A stretch of 64,000 nt of DNA from an uncultured Gammaproteobacteria bacterium (GTDB taxonomy: Bacteria; Patescibacteriota; Microgenomatia; UBA8517; JACQJR01). This document shows, piece by piece, positions 9,707 to 19,362 of this stretch. The stretch lies in the NCBI GenBank assembly GCA_964442455.1, contig CAYTZB010000005.1, forward strand, positions 5,152 to 69,151. Reading direction: 5' to 3'. Position numbers and translations under genes: made by a program. A model generated the notes under the pieces. It worked only from the letters and a program-made list of their open reading frames with translations, ran no database searches and was not told the origin of the DNA. How positions within the stretch are numbered: position 1 is the stretch's first letter; each line of letters opens with the position of its first letter.

Positions 9707-11446
9707 CTAATCCACTTGGTAAATTACCACCTCTTCATTTTCAAAAATATTGGTTAAACCAAGCTGAGATTCCCCCAAACGGAATCGTTGGCCAAAAACC
9801 GGAGTTTGGGACAAAACCAGATAAAGATATCTAATTTTATTATCTTTTAAGAAATTTCTTACTTCGTTCTGATTAAGACTTTCAAGAGGAATTCTTGAAT
9901 CTTCACGTCTATGTCGCCACTCGTACCCTGTAATATCTAGATTTACCTCGTCTTCAAGAAAAACAGGTTTTTCAGAAAACGCAGAAACATATGCAGTTGA
10001 CTCATACAAATAGAGCGGGCGTGGTGGGTTATTAACTGCGGCTTCCGCTTTTAATCTATCAAACGGATAGGTAAGTACTACACCACGAGGTTGCCTCTCT
10101 AAAAATCTTAATGCCTCTAACTCCTCATGCGATATTTTTGCCGGCGGTCGTCCAGGTAAATAATGAAGTGTAAGCGTACTAATTGTGGTTGGGATAGTTA
10201 ACAAGATAAGACCTACTATTGCCAATTTACTTAATTTATTTTCTTCTACTAACTTACCTATAAAAAGTCCTGTATAAATTGCAAAAACAAAAAGAGAATA
10301 GTAAAAGAATTGAATTGTATTCCATGGAGTACCGGACTGTAATATCGCCATCGGCAAAACCGTTCCGAGAATCGCTATTGTCAAAAGGAAAACATCAACT
10401 TCTGAAAAATTTTTCCACAACCTTTGTTTAACAATACCCCATAAGCCGATCAAACGTGTTCCCATATTGCCAACAAAAAATATGACAAACGCTACGAGAT
10501 ACGCAGGAATAAGTTTTATCAATATGCCCCCTGTCTTGTAATTCATCATCGCCTCATAAAATCTCTGCCAGCCGAATCTATCTGATACTGCCATCATCGT
10601 CTCCAAGAACCAAAATGGTTGAAAAACAACTAATTGCCTTGCAGACTTGCCAGTTAGCCAGAGCAATGCAACTCCAAGTAAAAAAGACCCTAAAAGAACT
10701 ACCAAAAAATTACTTTTAAATGCGAATTTTCTAATATGGATTATTTCGAACAGTACCACCAACCCCAATCCTCCCATCACAAGTAGCCACGCATAAATTT
10801 TTATTTGCGCCAGCACGCTAAAAATTAAAATCGTAAATCCTAAATTCCTAAATCTATTTTGAAGACTCAGTAGAAGAATCATTCCTAGAAGAATTAAAAC
10901 AAGTGATGCAGCAAACGGTGGGTTAATGAGAGTTGATATTGCCTGTTGGGCCCAGAAAAGAGATTCCCCTCCAACCACGCCATCACGAAACAATGTAGCA
11001 ATCCACCCAAAATCCCCCGCAAAATAGACAAAAAAAGTAGCCCAGAGCGCCTGTGTTCTTGACTTTCTCCAGGCAAGCACAAACCAGTACGTCAAAACCC
11101 CAACCAAAACTGCAAGTAGTGGGGGGAGAATTTGAAAGTACAGTGTATGGGCTGGGATACTCGTAATCTTATGAATGATAGCCAAAGCGAGATCAAAACC
11201 AATATGATAATTTTTAATCTGCTCTCCTGAAAAAATAGGCATTTCAAGAGAACCACGAGATAAGTGATTAATTAATGCAATATGCCATACCCCGTCATGC
11301 CCATTCGGTCCCCAAAATCCCATACCAAATGGATATATAAGACCGCTTTTTACCATAGTAAGACTCCAGCTAAGGGCGCCTGTTAAAACCAATAAAATTA
11401 TTCCAATGTTTTTCTTCACTTTTTTTAAAACTCTATGAAGCTCCAC
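9707..11446 (-). CDS. Multi-TM GT-C-like membrane protein
   Basis: WGPNGHDGVWH loop after TM1, many TMs; alternative GTG start at 11419 (MKKNIG). Confidence 0.65.
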   Translation of the reverse strand: MELHRVLKKVKKNIGIILLVLTGALSWSLTMVKSGLIYPFGMGFWGPNGHDGVWHIALINHLSRGSLEMPIFSGEQIKNYHIGFDLALAIIHKITSIPAHTLYFQILPPLLAVLVGVLTYWFVLAWRKSRTQALWATFFVYFAGDFGWIATLFRDGVVGGESLFWAQQAISTLINPPFAASLVLILLGMILLLSLQNRFRNLGFTILIFSVLAQIKIYAWLLVMGGLGLVVLFEIIHIRKFAFKSNFLVVLLGSFLLGVALLWLTGKSARQLVVFQPFWFLETMMAVSDRFGWQRFYEAMMNYKTGGILIKLIPAYLVAFVIFFVGNMGTRLIGLWGIVKQRLWKNFSEVDVFLLTIAILGTVLPMAILQSGTPWNTIQFFYYSLFVFAIYTGLFIGKLVEENKLSKLAIVGLILLTIPTTISTLTLHYLPGRPPAKISHEELEALRFLERQPRGVVLTYPFDRLKAEAAVNNPPRPLYLYESTAYVSAFSEKPVFLEDEVNLDITGYEWRHRREDSRIPLESLNQNEVRNFLKDNKIRYLYLVLSQTPVFGQRFRLGESQLGLTNIFENEEVVIYQVD

Positions 11447-11562
11447 GGCTAAAGCCGTGGTATCTTCTAAGCTTCACAAGCAAGTATGCTTGTGAATTAT
11501 TCGCCCTTTCGGGCTCATGAGTCAATTCATCCATGGGTAAACCCTATGGTTTTCTTGACTTG
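11433..11562. mobile_element. Non-autonomous IS200/IS605-like miniature element (PATE-like)
   Basis: Subterminal hairpins CCACGGCTAAAGCCGTGG (11443-11460) and CCATGGGTAAACCCTATGG (11531-11549), internal hairpins, no ORF. Confidence 0.65.
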
Positions 11563-11566
11563 CTTA

Positions 11567-13060
11567 TTAACTCTTTCTGAAGGTGGCATATACATTTTTT
11601 AAATCTCGCAAAACTTGCTCGCCGACAATAACATAAAGTAGTAGAAGATAAGAAGCTATTCCTGACAAAACTAGAATAATTATTCCGAATAAATTCAGTG
11701 GGGTAATATTACCAACCAGGAATACAAAAATACCCATTCCTAAACTTGCAAGAACGGGTTTGCCTACACTTTCCAGAAAATTAAATCTCACAAATCGTGT
11801 AGCCCACACTATTGCAAAAATAGAGCTTGTTCCAACAATTGCAAATCCCAAAGCAGCTCCGTTAATGTGGTAAAGAGCGGCCAGCGCTGGTACGAGGAGC
11901 CATGTAAGCGTAGTCCACATAATCATAAGTCTAAAGGTAATTGTAATTTTGCCAATTGCCGCTAATACATTTGTAAGAGGAGTTGTTACGGCTGCCCACG
12001 CACTATTTATAGTAATAAGACCAAGTGCGAGCAATGCCGGCTGCCACTTCTCATAGCGAGGAATTACCTCTGTTAGTGGCCCCGCAAGAAGTACTAACCC
12101 GATAAGTGAGGGGAATACGAGAGCGCTTACGAAAAAAATAGAACGCGAAACCGCATGGGACAACTCCTTTTTATCATCCTGAAGACGCGAAAATGCAGGG
12201 AAAGTGACTTTTATCACCTGGTCCATAAAAAAACGTAGCGGGGCCTGTGCCCACTTTTGCGCCCAGCCCAAAAGTCCGACTCCCGCCGGCCCAAGAATCC
12301 CACCCAAAACCATAGTCATACCATCATCTTTTGCAACGGCCAAAAACGTATTTGCTTGATAGGGTAGACCAAAGCGCAGTAGTCTCGCAAGGGATTCCTT
12401 TGCGAACGCGAAACCGGGCATCCAAGGCTGGAGCAAGTAAATTATAATAAGACCTGCAAAACCTCGCACGAGTACTGCAATAGTAAAGCTTGTTATTCCT
12501 GCTCCTTGCCACGCAAAAAAAACCGCAACTCCATAAAACAAAAATGTTTCAATTATTTGAGGAATTATTAATTTTTCAAACTTTAACTGTCGTTCAAGAA
12601 GGACAGAAGGGATAGTTTTAAGAGAAGACAAAACAAGCGTTGCCGCAAGCGCCCATAAAAGATAGACAGATTGCTGACTGAACCCATACAACTTTTGAAA
12701 AAGTGGTGTTGCGGCAACGATAATAATCACCAAAAGTACTGTCAAGCCCTGTTGAATAGTAAATGTGGTCCGCAATTCCTCCTCCTTTGCCGCCTCTTTC
12801 TTTTGAATAAGCGCAGCGGCCAAGCCAATATCAGAAAAATATGCAAAAAAATTAATAACCGCTGATACTAAAAAGAATACCCCGTATTGTGTTGGAGTAA
12901 GGAAAATTGTGAGAAGAAACGTGGCAACAAGCGCAACTGTTTGAAGAGCGGCCGTCCTACCAGTGAGTACCACGACTCCCCTCACCGCCCGCTTCTTTAC
13001 CGTCTCAAGAGAAATTTCCTCTGTTGGACTTAAATGCTCACCAGCTTCAATTCCTACCAC
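11567..13060 (-). CDS. Wzx/MOP-family oligosaccharide flippase
   Basis: LTPTQYG, SDIGLAAALIQ, KVTFPAFSRLQ; about 12-14 TMs; start moved to GTG 13060 (6 nt after TGCTACAAT). Confidence 0.85.
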   Translation of the reverse strand: MVGIEAGEHLSPTEEISLETVKKRAVRGVVVLTGRTAALQTVALVATFLLTIFLTPTQYGVFFLVSAVINFFAYFSDIGLAAALIQKKEAAKEEELRTTFTIQQGLTVLLVIIIVAATPLFQKLYGFSQQSVYLLWALAATLVLSSLKTIPSVLLERQLKFEKLIIPQIIETFLFYGVAVFFAWQGAGITSFTIAVLVRGFAGLIIIYLLQPWMPGFAFAKESLARLLRFGLPYQANTFLAVAKDDGMTMVLGGILGPAGVGLLGWAQKWAQAPLRFFMDQVIKVTFPAFSRLQDDKKELSHAVSRSIFFVSALVFPSLIGLVLLAGPLTEVIPRYEKWQPALLALGLITINSAWAAVTTPLTNVLAAIGKITITFRLMIMWTTLTWLLVPALAALYHINGAALGFAIVGTSSIFAIVWATRFVRFNFLESVGKPVLASLGMGIFVFLVGNITPLNLFGIIILVLSGIASYLLLLYVIVGEQVLRDLKNVYATFRKS

Positions 13061-13075
13061 ACTCAAATTGTAGCA

Positions 13076-13203
13076 TTATTTCGAGCGTCAGCGAAAAACA
13101 AGCTCTGCTTATTTCGAGCAAAGCGAGAAACAAGGTTCTGTGTAAAGCACAGGTTCTTATTTCGAGCTTACGAGAAACAAGGTTCTACGCGAAGCGTAGG
13201 TTA
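13076..13203. repeat. Three degenerate REP-like units related to the 8698 repeat
   Basis: TTATTTCGAGC-N-CGA(A/G)AAACAAG x3, with variable hairpins CTGTG-TAAAG-CACAG and CTACGC-GAA-GCGTAG. Confidence 0.8.
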
Positions 13204-14685
13204 TCATTGTAGTTTAGCAACCAACGAATAAACTTTATCTTGAGGAAAATCTTTCGGCACACCGCCAAGGTCTTCATAAAACACTCGCAGTGTTTTGTCT
13301 TTGTACAAAATCTGCAGCGCATCTTCACCATTTAACATAAAATGGGCTTGCTTTGAGCTACCTCCCCAATCACCTGAAATTTTTGGATAATTCGGATCAT
13401 TAGCGAAGTAGAGAGCAGCGCCCTTTGGAAGTTCGGGATACTTTACTCTTATATAATTTACTAATTTTTGTGCCGCTCGGCCACGGTTTGCAGCGGGATA
13501 TGTTTTATCAGCAAGTGCGATAGACGCTACAGAAAGCAGGAATAACGACAAAAGAAATGCACCAGCCAAAACATTAGTCATAGCCCCCCACCTTTGCCTT
13601 AACCAGCTATAAGCACTAAATACTACTAACCCCACCGCCCCCCAAAAAGCTGGAAGTGCCGGGGTTAAATAATATGTTTGCTTATGAAGTGGTAAAAGAA
13701 GAACAGGTGAAAGCGCAATAGGAAACCACAGAAGGAGAAACCAAAACCTCCTATCCCGCAATATTCCACTTCGGACGGCAAACACTGCGCCCATAATAAG
13801 AATAGTCACAGCCAGCCCAGAAAAAAAGAAAATTCCCGAAGCATAATCTCCCCAAAATTTCATAAGATTAGGATTAAGTTTGAACCCCGGTTCCACGAAA
13901 TCAATAAACATCTCAGGAATACCAAGGGCCCACGCAGAGTACCAAGACAGCGAGTTAAGAATTGCTTTGGGGGATAATGTCGGCTGATACTGCTGCTCGC
14001 CTGATGAAAAACCAATAAGAAAAAAGTCTAAAAATAAGAAAACAGACAAAACAACAAAAAACGGTATGGTAATCTTTACACCTTTAAGCGCTTTTTGAAC
14101 AAACAACAATCCCACCAAAAGTAATGGTGTTACAACTGCAAGCTCATGTGAACCAAGCGCTAAAATGAACGCAAAAAATGACAATAAATACCATTTCCCA
14201 CCTTGCTCGAGCCATTTCCAAAATGAAAACAATGTCAGAAGCACAAAACTTGTTGCTCCCAACGACTGCACTCCTCCAGCAAGATAGTACAAACTTCCCA
14301 CATTTGCAGCAGTTATTCCAAAGAAAAACGAGATGAAGAGTGCCAACTCCCTTTTTTGAAACAATTTCTGCATCAACAAGTACACAAGGCCTACATTTAA
14401 AAAATGGATGCCAATTGAAAGAATCCTAAACGGAAGATGGTTTAAACCAAATATAAAATAGAAAATATTAAATAATGCTTCTCTGGTGACTGGCCGATAA
14501 AACGCAATTCCCCTCTCGCTAAATGGGTGAAATCCGAATAGATTAAGAAAACCAGCAAGCGTCCCATCGGTTTGGCTTACTTTAAAATGGAAAAAGTCAT
14601 CATGAGAGAAATAAATAGAAGAGACAGAATGATAAAGTACAAAAATCGTTCCTAAAATGCTAAAGAAAATCCAATACAATCGCAC
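13204..14685 (-). CDS. GT-C-like membrane glycosyltransferase
   Basis: YFSHDDFFH, FYRPV, LALGSHE; many TMs. Confidence 0.7.
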   Translation of the reverse strand: MRLYWIFFSILGTIFVLYHSVSSIYFSHDDFFHFKVSQTDGTLAGFLNLFGFHPFSERGIAFYRPVTREALFNIFYFIFGLNHLPFRILSIGIHFLNVGLVYLLMQKLFQKRELALFISFFFGITAANVGSLYYLAGGVQSLGATSFVLLTLFSFWKWLEQGGKWYLLSFFAFILALGSHELAVVTPLLLVGLLFVQKALKGVKITIPFFVVLSVFLFLDFFLIGFSSGEQQYQPTLSPKAILNSLSWYSAWALGIPEMFIDFVEPGFKLNPNLMKFWGDYASGIFFFSGLAVTILIMGAVFAVRSGILRDRRFWFLLLWFPIALSPVLLLPLHKQTYYLTPALPAFWGAVGLVVFSAYSWLRQRWGAMTNVLAGAFLLSLFLLSVASIALADKTYPAANRGRAAQKLVNYIRVKYPELPKGAALYFANDPNYPKISGDWGGSSKQAHFMLNGEDALQILYKDKTLRVFYEDLGGVPKDFPQDKVYSLVAKLQ

Positions 14686-14688
14686 GGC

Positions 14689-16533
14689 CTACATTCTAGC
14701 ACGCGAAAGCCGTTTCCTCCACCATGGAAGAGTAATAAGTATTCCCCAAGAAACAAGAGAAATTAAATTTCCAGCAGTGCGGGGAAAAGTATTATAGAGT
14801 TTGGCGTAAATTTCGTGCTCGCCTTCTTTAACGGTTATGTGCATTCGGCCTAACTCGTCATCATCTCCGGTAATTTCTGTTTCTTCCCCATCAATAAAAA
14901 CTCGCCAATTTGGAAATTGAAAAATATTTATTCTTGCTTTAGCACTTTCGCTTTCAATGGCAATTTTAAATTTCGCCCAGTTTGTTCCTTCACTAGTATC
15001 TGAAATATCACCCTCACCGCTCGTTATTTCGGCCAATGTAGTTCTTGGTCCTTGAGGCGCAATTCTTGATGTTTTTGGGAGATAATCATAAATCCCAGCC
15101 GTTTGTTGAAGCTCCCACGCAGCATTTGCAAATTTCTCTTCATCAGTTAAAGGACCCATGCGATAAGGCTTGAAGTAGTCTTTGTTAAACAACATCACTG
15201 TAACCAAAAGTATGACAACTAAAACTAATGTCCACCTACGCTTTCCATTAAGAAGCGGAACGAGCGCACCTATAACAAATGAAAAAGAAAGGATTACAAT
15301 TGTTAAAAATCGCCAAGGAAACTGAACAATAGAAAGGAATGGTAAGGCAAGCCAAATGGGGGTTGAACGCACATGGGCCATAAAGGCGGTGGCGAAGCCG
15401 AAAGTTAGCATGTAGCTTATGGCCAGTAGCGAATTGGTAGAAATTTTTCCTTTTCTTGCTAATTTAACCAGTACTAACGAACCTATAACTAATGCCAAAA
15501 TCCAGTGTATATGCCCAATTTGGAATGACATTCCGTCATTCTCCCCCCATACCGATGGTCCATAACCCCAAAATCGAGAAAAAAACAATTGATTAATATC
15601 TGCAAAATGGGCAATGTATTCATAATATCCTTGTGTGAGTGTATCGACGTGTACCAATCTCTGCTCGAGTATCACCGGAATGCTAAAAAATGCTGCCAAC
15701 CCAAATGCCCAAATCCCTGAAATTAAAAGTTGGGGGATTCTACTCCACGCATACCCTCTATACAACCAAAGTAAACACCAAATAGCAAACACAGGCGTGA
15801 AGATAAGCACCATAACATTGTGCGACAATAAAAGCGCCGCCCAAGAGAGCGCTAAAATAACAATCCATCTTAAATTTAATAGTAAAAGCGACGGGTGACG
15901 CGAGCGGAGGGAGTCCCACCGAGCGCCCGCAACCCGCCCAGACTGCTCGACTGTTGGCGGGGAGGACGTCGGGTGGGACGAGCGAGCGGCAGGACCCGTC
16001 GCAATAACCTTTTCAGCAATCAACTTAAAACTTGCCCACAAAATTAGCGGAACCCAGGCCAGCGCCCACGCCTCATTCATTGCTCCCCGCACATACACGT
16101 CAACCGCGTGATATGGCGCCCACACATAAAATACACTCGATAGTACCCCGCCAAGCCTGCCCCAAAATTCGCGCGCTAAAATATACATCGTTACTGCGGA
16201 CAACACGAAACTCAAGAAAAAGGTGAGCTTCACCGTCGTAATAAAAGAAACGCCTGTGAGCCTTATCACCTGCCCTACCAAATAGGGAAGTGGCGGATAG
16301 TAGTTAAAGAGTGGAAACCCATACCCATAACCCATATCCGGTACCCAACGGCAGGGGATTTGTAAATCTCGGAAGCACTTCTCCATCTCAAGTTGGCGCA
16401 TCATCTGTAAGTCATCATGCATGTTGAAGTATCCTGATGTGAGTAACACGCGACCCGCAAGAAATCCTAAAAACACTACCAAGATAATGGGCCAAAAATT
16501 AGAGAGACTCGTAATCCTTCGCAAGAATTTCAT
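14689..16533 (-). CDS. PTPS-related/YfhO-like GT-C membrane protein with in-frame insertion
   Basis: RWVPDMGYGYGFPLFNYYPPLPY, VQFPWRFL; paralog of 60082-61755. Confidence 0.8.
   Translation of the reverse strand: MKFLRRITSLSNFWPIILVVFLGFLAGRVLLTSGYFNMHDDLQMMRQLEMEKCFRDLQIPCRWVPDMGYGYGFPLFNYYPPLPYLVGQVIRLTGVSFITTVKLTFFLSFVLSAVTMYILAREFWGRLGGVLSSVFYVWAPYHAVDVYVRGAMNEAWALAWVPLILWASFKLIAEKVIATGPAARSSHPTSSPPTVEQSGRVAGARWDSLRSRHPSLLLLNLRWIVILALSWAALLLSHNVMVLIFTPVFAIWCLLWLYRGYAWSRIPQLLISGIWAFGLAAFFSIPVILEQRLVHVDTLTQGYYEYIAHFADINQLFFSRFWGYGPSVWGENDGMSFQIGHIHWILALVIGSLVLVKLARKGKISTNSLLAISYMLTFGFATAFMAHVRSTPIWLALPFLSIVQFPWRFLTIVILSFSFVIGALVPLLNGKRRWTLVLVVILLVTVMLFNKDYFKPYRMGPLTDEEKFANAAWELQQTAGIYDYLPKTSRIAPQGPRTTLAEITSGEGDISDTSEGTNWAKFKIAIESESAKARINIFQFPNWRVFIDGEETEITGDDDELGRMHITVKEGEHEIYAKLYNTFPRTAGNLISLVSWGILITLPWWRKRLSRARM
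15888..16002. mobile_element. 115-bp nested-hairpin palindromic element inserted in a coding sequence
   Basis: Terminal IR GCGACGGGT/ACCCGTCGC; inner GTCCCACC/GGTGGGAC and CCCGCC/GGCGGG. Confidence 0.75.
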
Positions 16534-18164
16534 GGTTGTTCTTCCTCCTCTGGGAGAATTAACGCGGATGGCGTAAACTCAAATAAATAGAGGTAATCTC
16601 TTTCTCCATACCAAATGTACTCATGGGTATCAGTTCTTGCTCTTTTGGCTTTTGGATAAGATGCTACAACTTTAAGCCCCAGCTTTTCTCCTACCTCAAT
16701 AGCTCTCTGGGCATCCCTCTCAAACCTCTTCAACATTCTAGAGCTATTGAAAACTAGGTACACAGTATCCCCCGCTCTTTTTGCATTTTTCAACGACTCT
16801 GGCATTTCTTTTATTATAATTCCCACACCAATAACCGTAACATTTGGAACATTCTCTAAGTATATTTGAAGACCGTCAGGAAGTGTACCAAAAAATCCTT
16901 CAGTTCCAACCACAATTCGCTCGTCAGGGCGAGACGCTTTTTTCTCTTTGATAAACTCTGCTACTTCCCTAATCCCCGTCCCTGCAGTCCACTCTTCTAA
17001 ATATCCCGACCGTTCGCTTTGGGGCAAGGGTGCAGCTTCAGGATTAGTTAAAAATAAATAATCCGCTCTCACAGCATTTGCTAAAAAGATAAGCAGTCCC
17101 GCTATAAAGATTTTTTGATATATCTTGTTTTTTGGCAAAACCGAAGCAGCCGCAAGAGTAACTAAAAATGGAATAGAAAAAAGGATATAGCGAGCGGTAA
17201 TAACTTTCGCGAATTCTGCTTGGGCAAGGAGCGGTAGGAATGCCCACGCGGCAAGAACGAGAGTATAACGTAGATAAATTTTGCTACCAATCACGACTCC
17301 CGCGATGACCAAAAATACCAAGACGCTCGGGCCTAATATAAACAACCACTCGCGAATTCTATCGATATAGAAAATAAACGGGTCTTTGGGATTCGTCCAC
17401 AGATGGCTCAAAGGAAACACATAATCCTTATTGCGTTCTCCAATCAAGCCAAAATTGGGGCCAAGACGAAGAATATTGTACATCGCATAGCCCACGGCAT
17501 AGGTAACCCCGAACAAGCCAACAAATTTGATAATATTCAAAAAGCTCACTTTTACACTATTGCCCGTTTTCTTAAGAAATGGTGCAAGAAGAGCGGTCAC
17601 CGGCAAAAGGAGTGAGAAAAATAATGCCGGGGATTTGGTCAAAAGCGCACCACCCAACCAGAACCCTGTCAAAATGGCAGTATCAAGCCGCAAGGCTCTC
17701 GCCGTCACAAAACCGAAAAGGAGCGTCCATACACCAAACATTGAAAGCATCGAGTCAACCAGCGCCATCCTGTCAAAAAACACAGCAAACGGTGAGGCAG
17801 TGTACAATAAGCCTGCAACAACTGCACCTCTTGTTGAGCGGAAAAGATACCACGCAAGAAGCACTACTCCTACAAGTGTTCCAAACCCGGTAACCACCGA
17901 AACCATTCTTCCTGCAACAAGCGGGTCCGAGAAAATCTTAAGAAAAGGAATAATTGACCACATAAAAAGAGGTTGTTTCCCGTCAGAGAGCGGAAGGAAA
18001 CGAAGTGTAGGCTCATGTTGCATCACCTGCGCCCACCGAATATAAATCGCCTCGTCAACAAAAACAGGAATTTTCGTCAGATTCGGGACTCTAAGGAGAA
18101 AATAAAGAACAATAATTGCCAAACCGGCGATTATTGTAAATTTGTATTTGGCAAATATCTTCAC
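16530..18164 (-). CDS. ArnT/PMT-like GT-C glycosyltransferase
   Basis: PVFVDEAIYIRW, DGKQPLF, ALLTKS. Confidence 0.8.
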   Translation of the reverse strand: MKIFAKYKFTIIAGLAIIVLYFLLRVPNLTKIPVFVDEAIYIRWAQVMQHEPTLRFLPLSDGKQPLFMWSIIPFLKIFSDPLVAGRMVSVVTGFGTLVGVVLLAWYLFRSTRGAVVAGLLYTASPFAVFFDRMALVDSMLSMFGVWTLLFGFVTARALRLDTAILTGFWLGGALLTKSPALFFSLLLPVTALLAPFLKKTGNSVKVSFLNIIKFVGLFGVTYAVGYAMYNILRLGPNFGLIGERNKDYVFPLSHLWTNPKDPFIFYIDRIREWLFILGPSVLVFLVIAGVVIGSKIYLRYTLVLAAWAFLPLLAQAEFAKVITARYILFSIPFLVTLAAASVLPKNKIYQKIFIAGLLIFLANAVRADYLFLTNPEAAPLPQSERSGYLEEWTAGTGIREVAEFIKEKKASRPDERIVVGTEGFFGTLPDGLQIYLENVPNVTVIGVGIIIKEMPESLKNAKRAGDTVYLVFNSSRMLKRFERDAQRAIEVGEKLGLKVVASYPKAKRARTDTHEYIWYGERDYLYLFEFTPSALILPEEEEQP

Positions 18165-18341
18165 TTCTCAATTATAACAATAAAATGTCTACAAACTGAG
18201 TGTCCATTTTTTATTGCTGTCGGAGCAATACACCCAATAATTAATAGACACGGTCAACCACTGTGCGGCGAGTTTAAGATAACATTCGAAAAATAGCTTC
18301 CCACCTTTAAGGTGTACGCAGAAACAAGAAATAAATTTTAC

Positions 18342-18848
18342 TTATGTAGTGCCTAGTCGCTCTTGTTCGCCCACATAATCAAAAACTTTTATTTCACCTT
18401 TCAGGGAAAAGATTATTCGATATTGTAGTTCTGGCCATTTTATTCTGTAGATTAAAAACTGTATCCTGTCTGCAGGCGAAGGAAGAGGGTCTTTGGAATC
18501 ATCCCAATGAGTATGGGCAAATGCTCTCTCTACCTCTAAATTATGAAATCTTTCTAGTATAGTGGTTACATCCCTTGCTAAAACACTTGTGCCTTCACCC
18601 TCAATTAATACGCTATGTTCCCCTACAGTAACTAATCCTAATTCTCGATGTTCCTGCAAACTTCTTACAAATAATGCAACCTCCTGGGTTGTAGGGGAGC
18701 TTATCGAGAGAATAGCGTAATTAATACAGATAGTCTCTCCAAGAGGAATCTGTGATAATAAACTCTCAAAAATATTTTTCTTGTAATCTCTATATGCTTC
18801 TTCTAACCCTGGAACAAAATAATATAGCGGTGCTCTTTCCTCTTTCAT
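18342..18848 (-). CDS. Standalone JAB/MPN-like metalloenzyme
   Basis: Upstream Glu (RELG) plus HTHWDDSKDPLPSPAD, a JAMM-like HxH...SxxD motif. Confidence 0.55.
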   Translation of the reverse strand: MKEERAPLYYFVPGLEEAYRDYKKNIFESLLSQIPLGETICINYAILSISSPTTQEVALFVRSLQEHRELGLVTVGEHSVLIEGEGTSVLARDVTTILERFHNLEVERAFAHTHWDDSKDPLPSPADRIQFLIYRIKWPELQYRIIFSLKGEIKVFDYVGEQERLGTT

Positions 18849-18946
18849 AATTAGTTGAAACTATACGTTGGATAATAACAAGCCCGAAGCTAGATATCAA
18901 ATTGTCGAAGAAAATCCTGTTTGAAAGACAAGACTAGAGATACTAC

Positions 18947-19360
18947 TCAGTCAATCTTAGTCAAATCTCCATCTAAAATAATAGGCTTCATTGCCTCAAT
19001 TTCAGTTTTGTAGTATGGAATATCGGGAATTGGATTAAGTAAAAAGATTTTTTGGTTTAGCACATGTGCAAATCCAATCTCTAGAAAAGTATTACCCCCT
19101 ATGTAATTTTTAATTCCGTGCTTATCAAAGTTAGCAACCAGAATTGCATCCGCACCTTGCATGAGTCTCCAAAATTCCCTTATTGCATCTTTATTCTGCT
19201 TTTGATGAATTTTGATCTTTTCTTTCTCGTTGTCATCTTTACCAATGAAAGGATCTGCAAGGTTTGTCATAAACGCGTCGTGCCCCATTGCAATAAGTTG
19301 ATCGCGGATTTCCATCATCCGCTCCGTAAATTGCATGCTACCAACTACACCTACCCTCAT
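18947..19360 (-). CDS. Nucleoside 2-deoxyribosyltransferase-like fold protein
   Basis: ADAILVAN...YIGGNTFLEIGFAHVLNQKIFLL. Confidence 0.6.
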   Translation of the reverse strand: MRVGVVGSMQFTERMMEIRDQLIAMGHDAFMTNLADPFIGKDDNEKEKIKIHQKQNKDAIREFWRLMQGADAILVANFDKHGIKNYIGGNTFLEIGFAHVLNQKIFLLNPIPDIPYYKTEIEAMKPIILDGDLTKID

Positions 19361-19362
19361 AG

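Noticed and set aside
13076-13203. Degenerate CRISPR mini-array
   Set aside because: Repeats vary and the intervening segments are short, unequal and self-complementary
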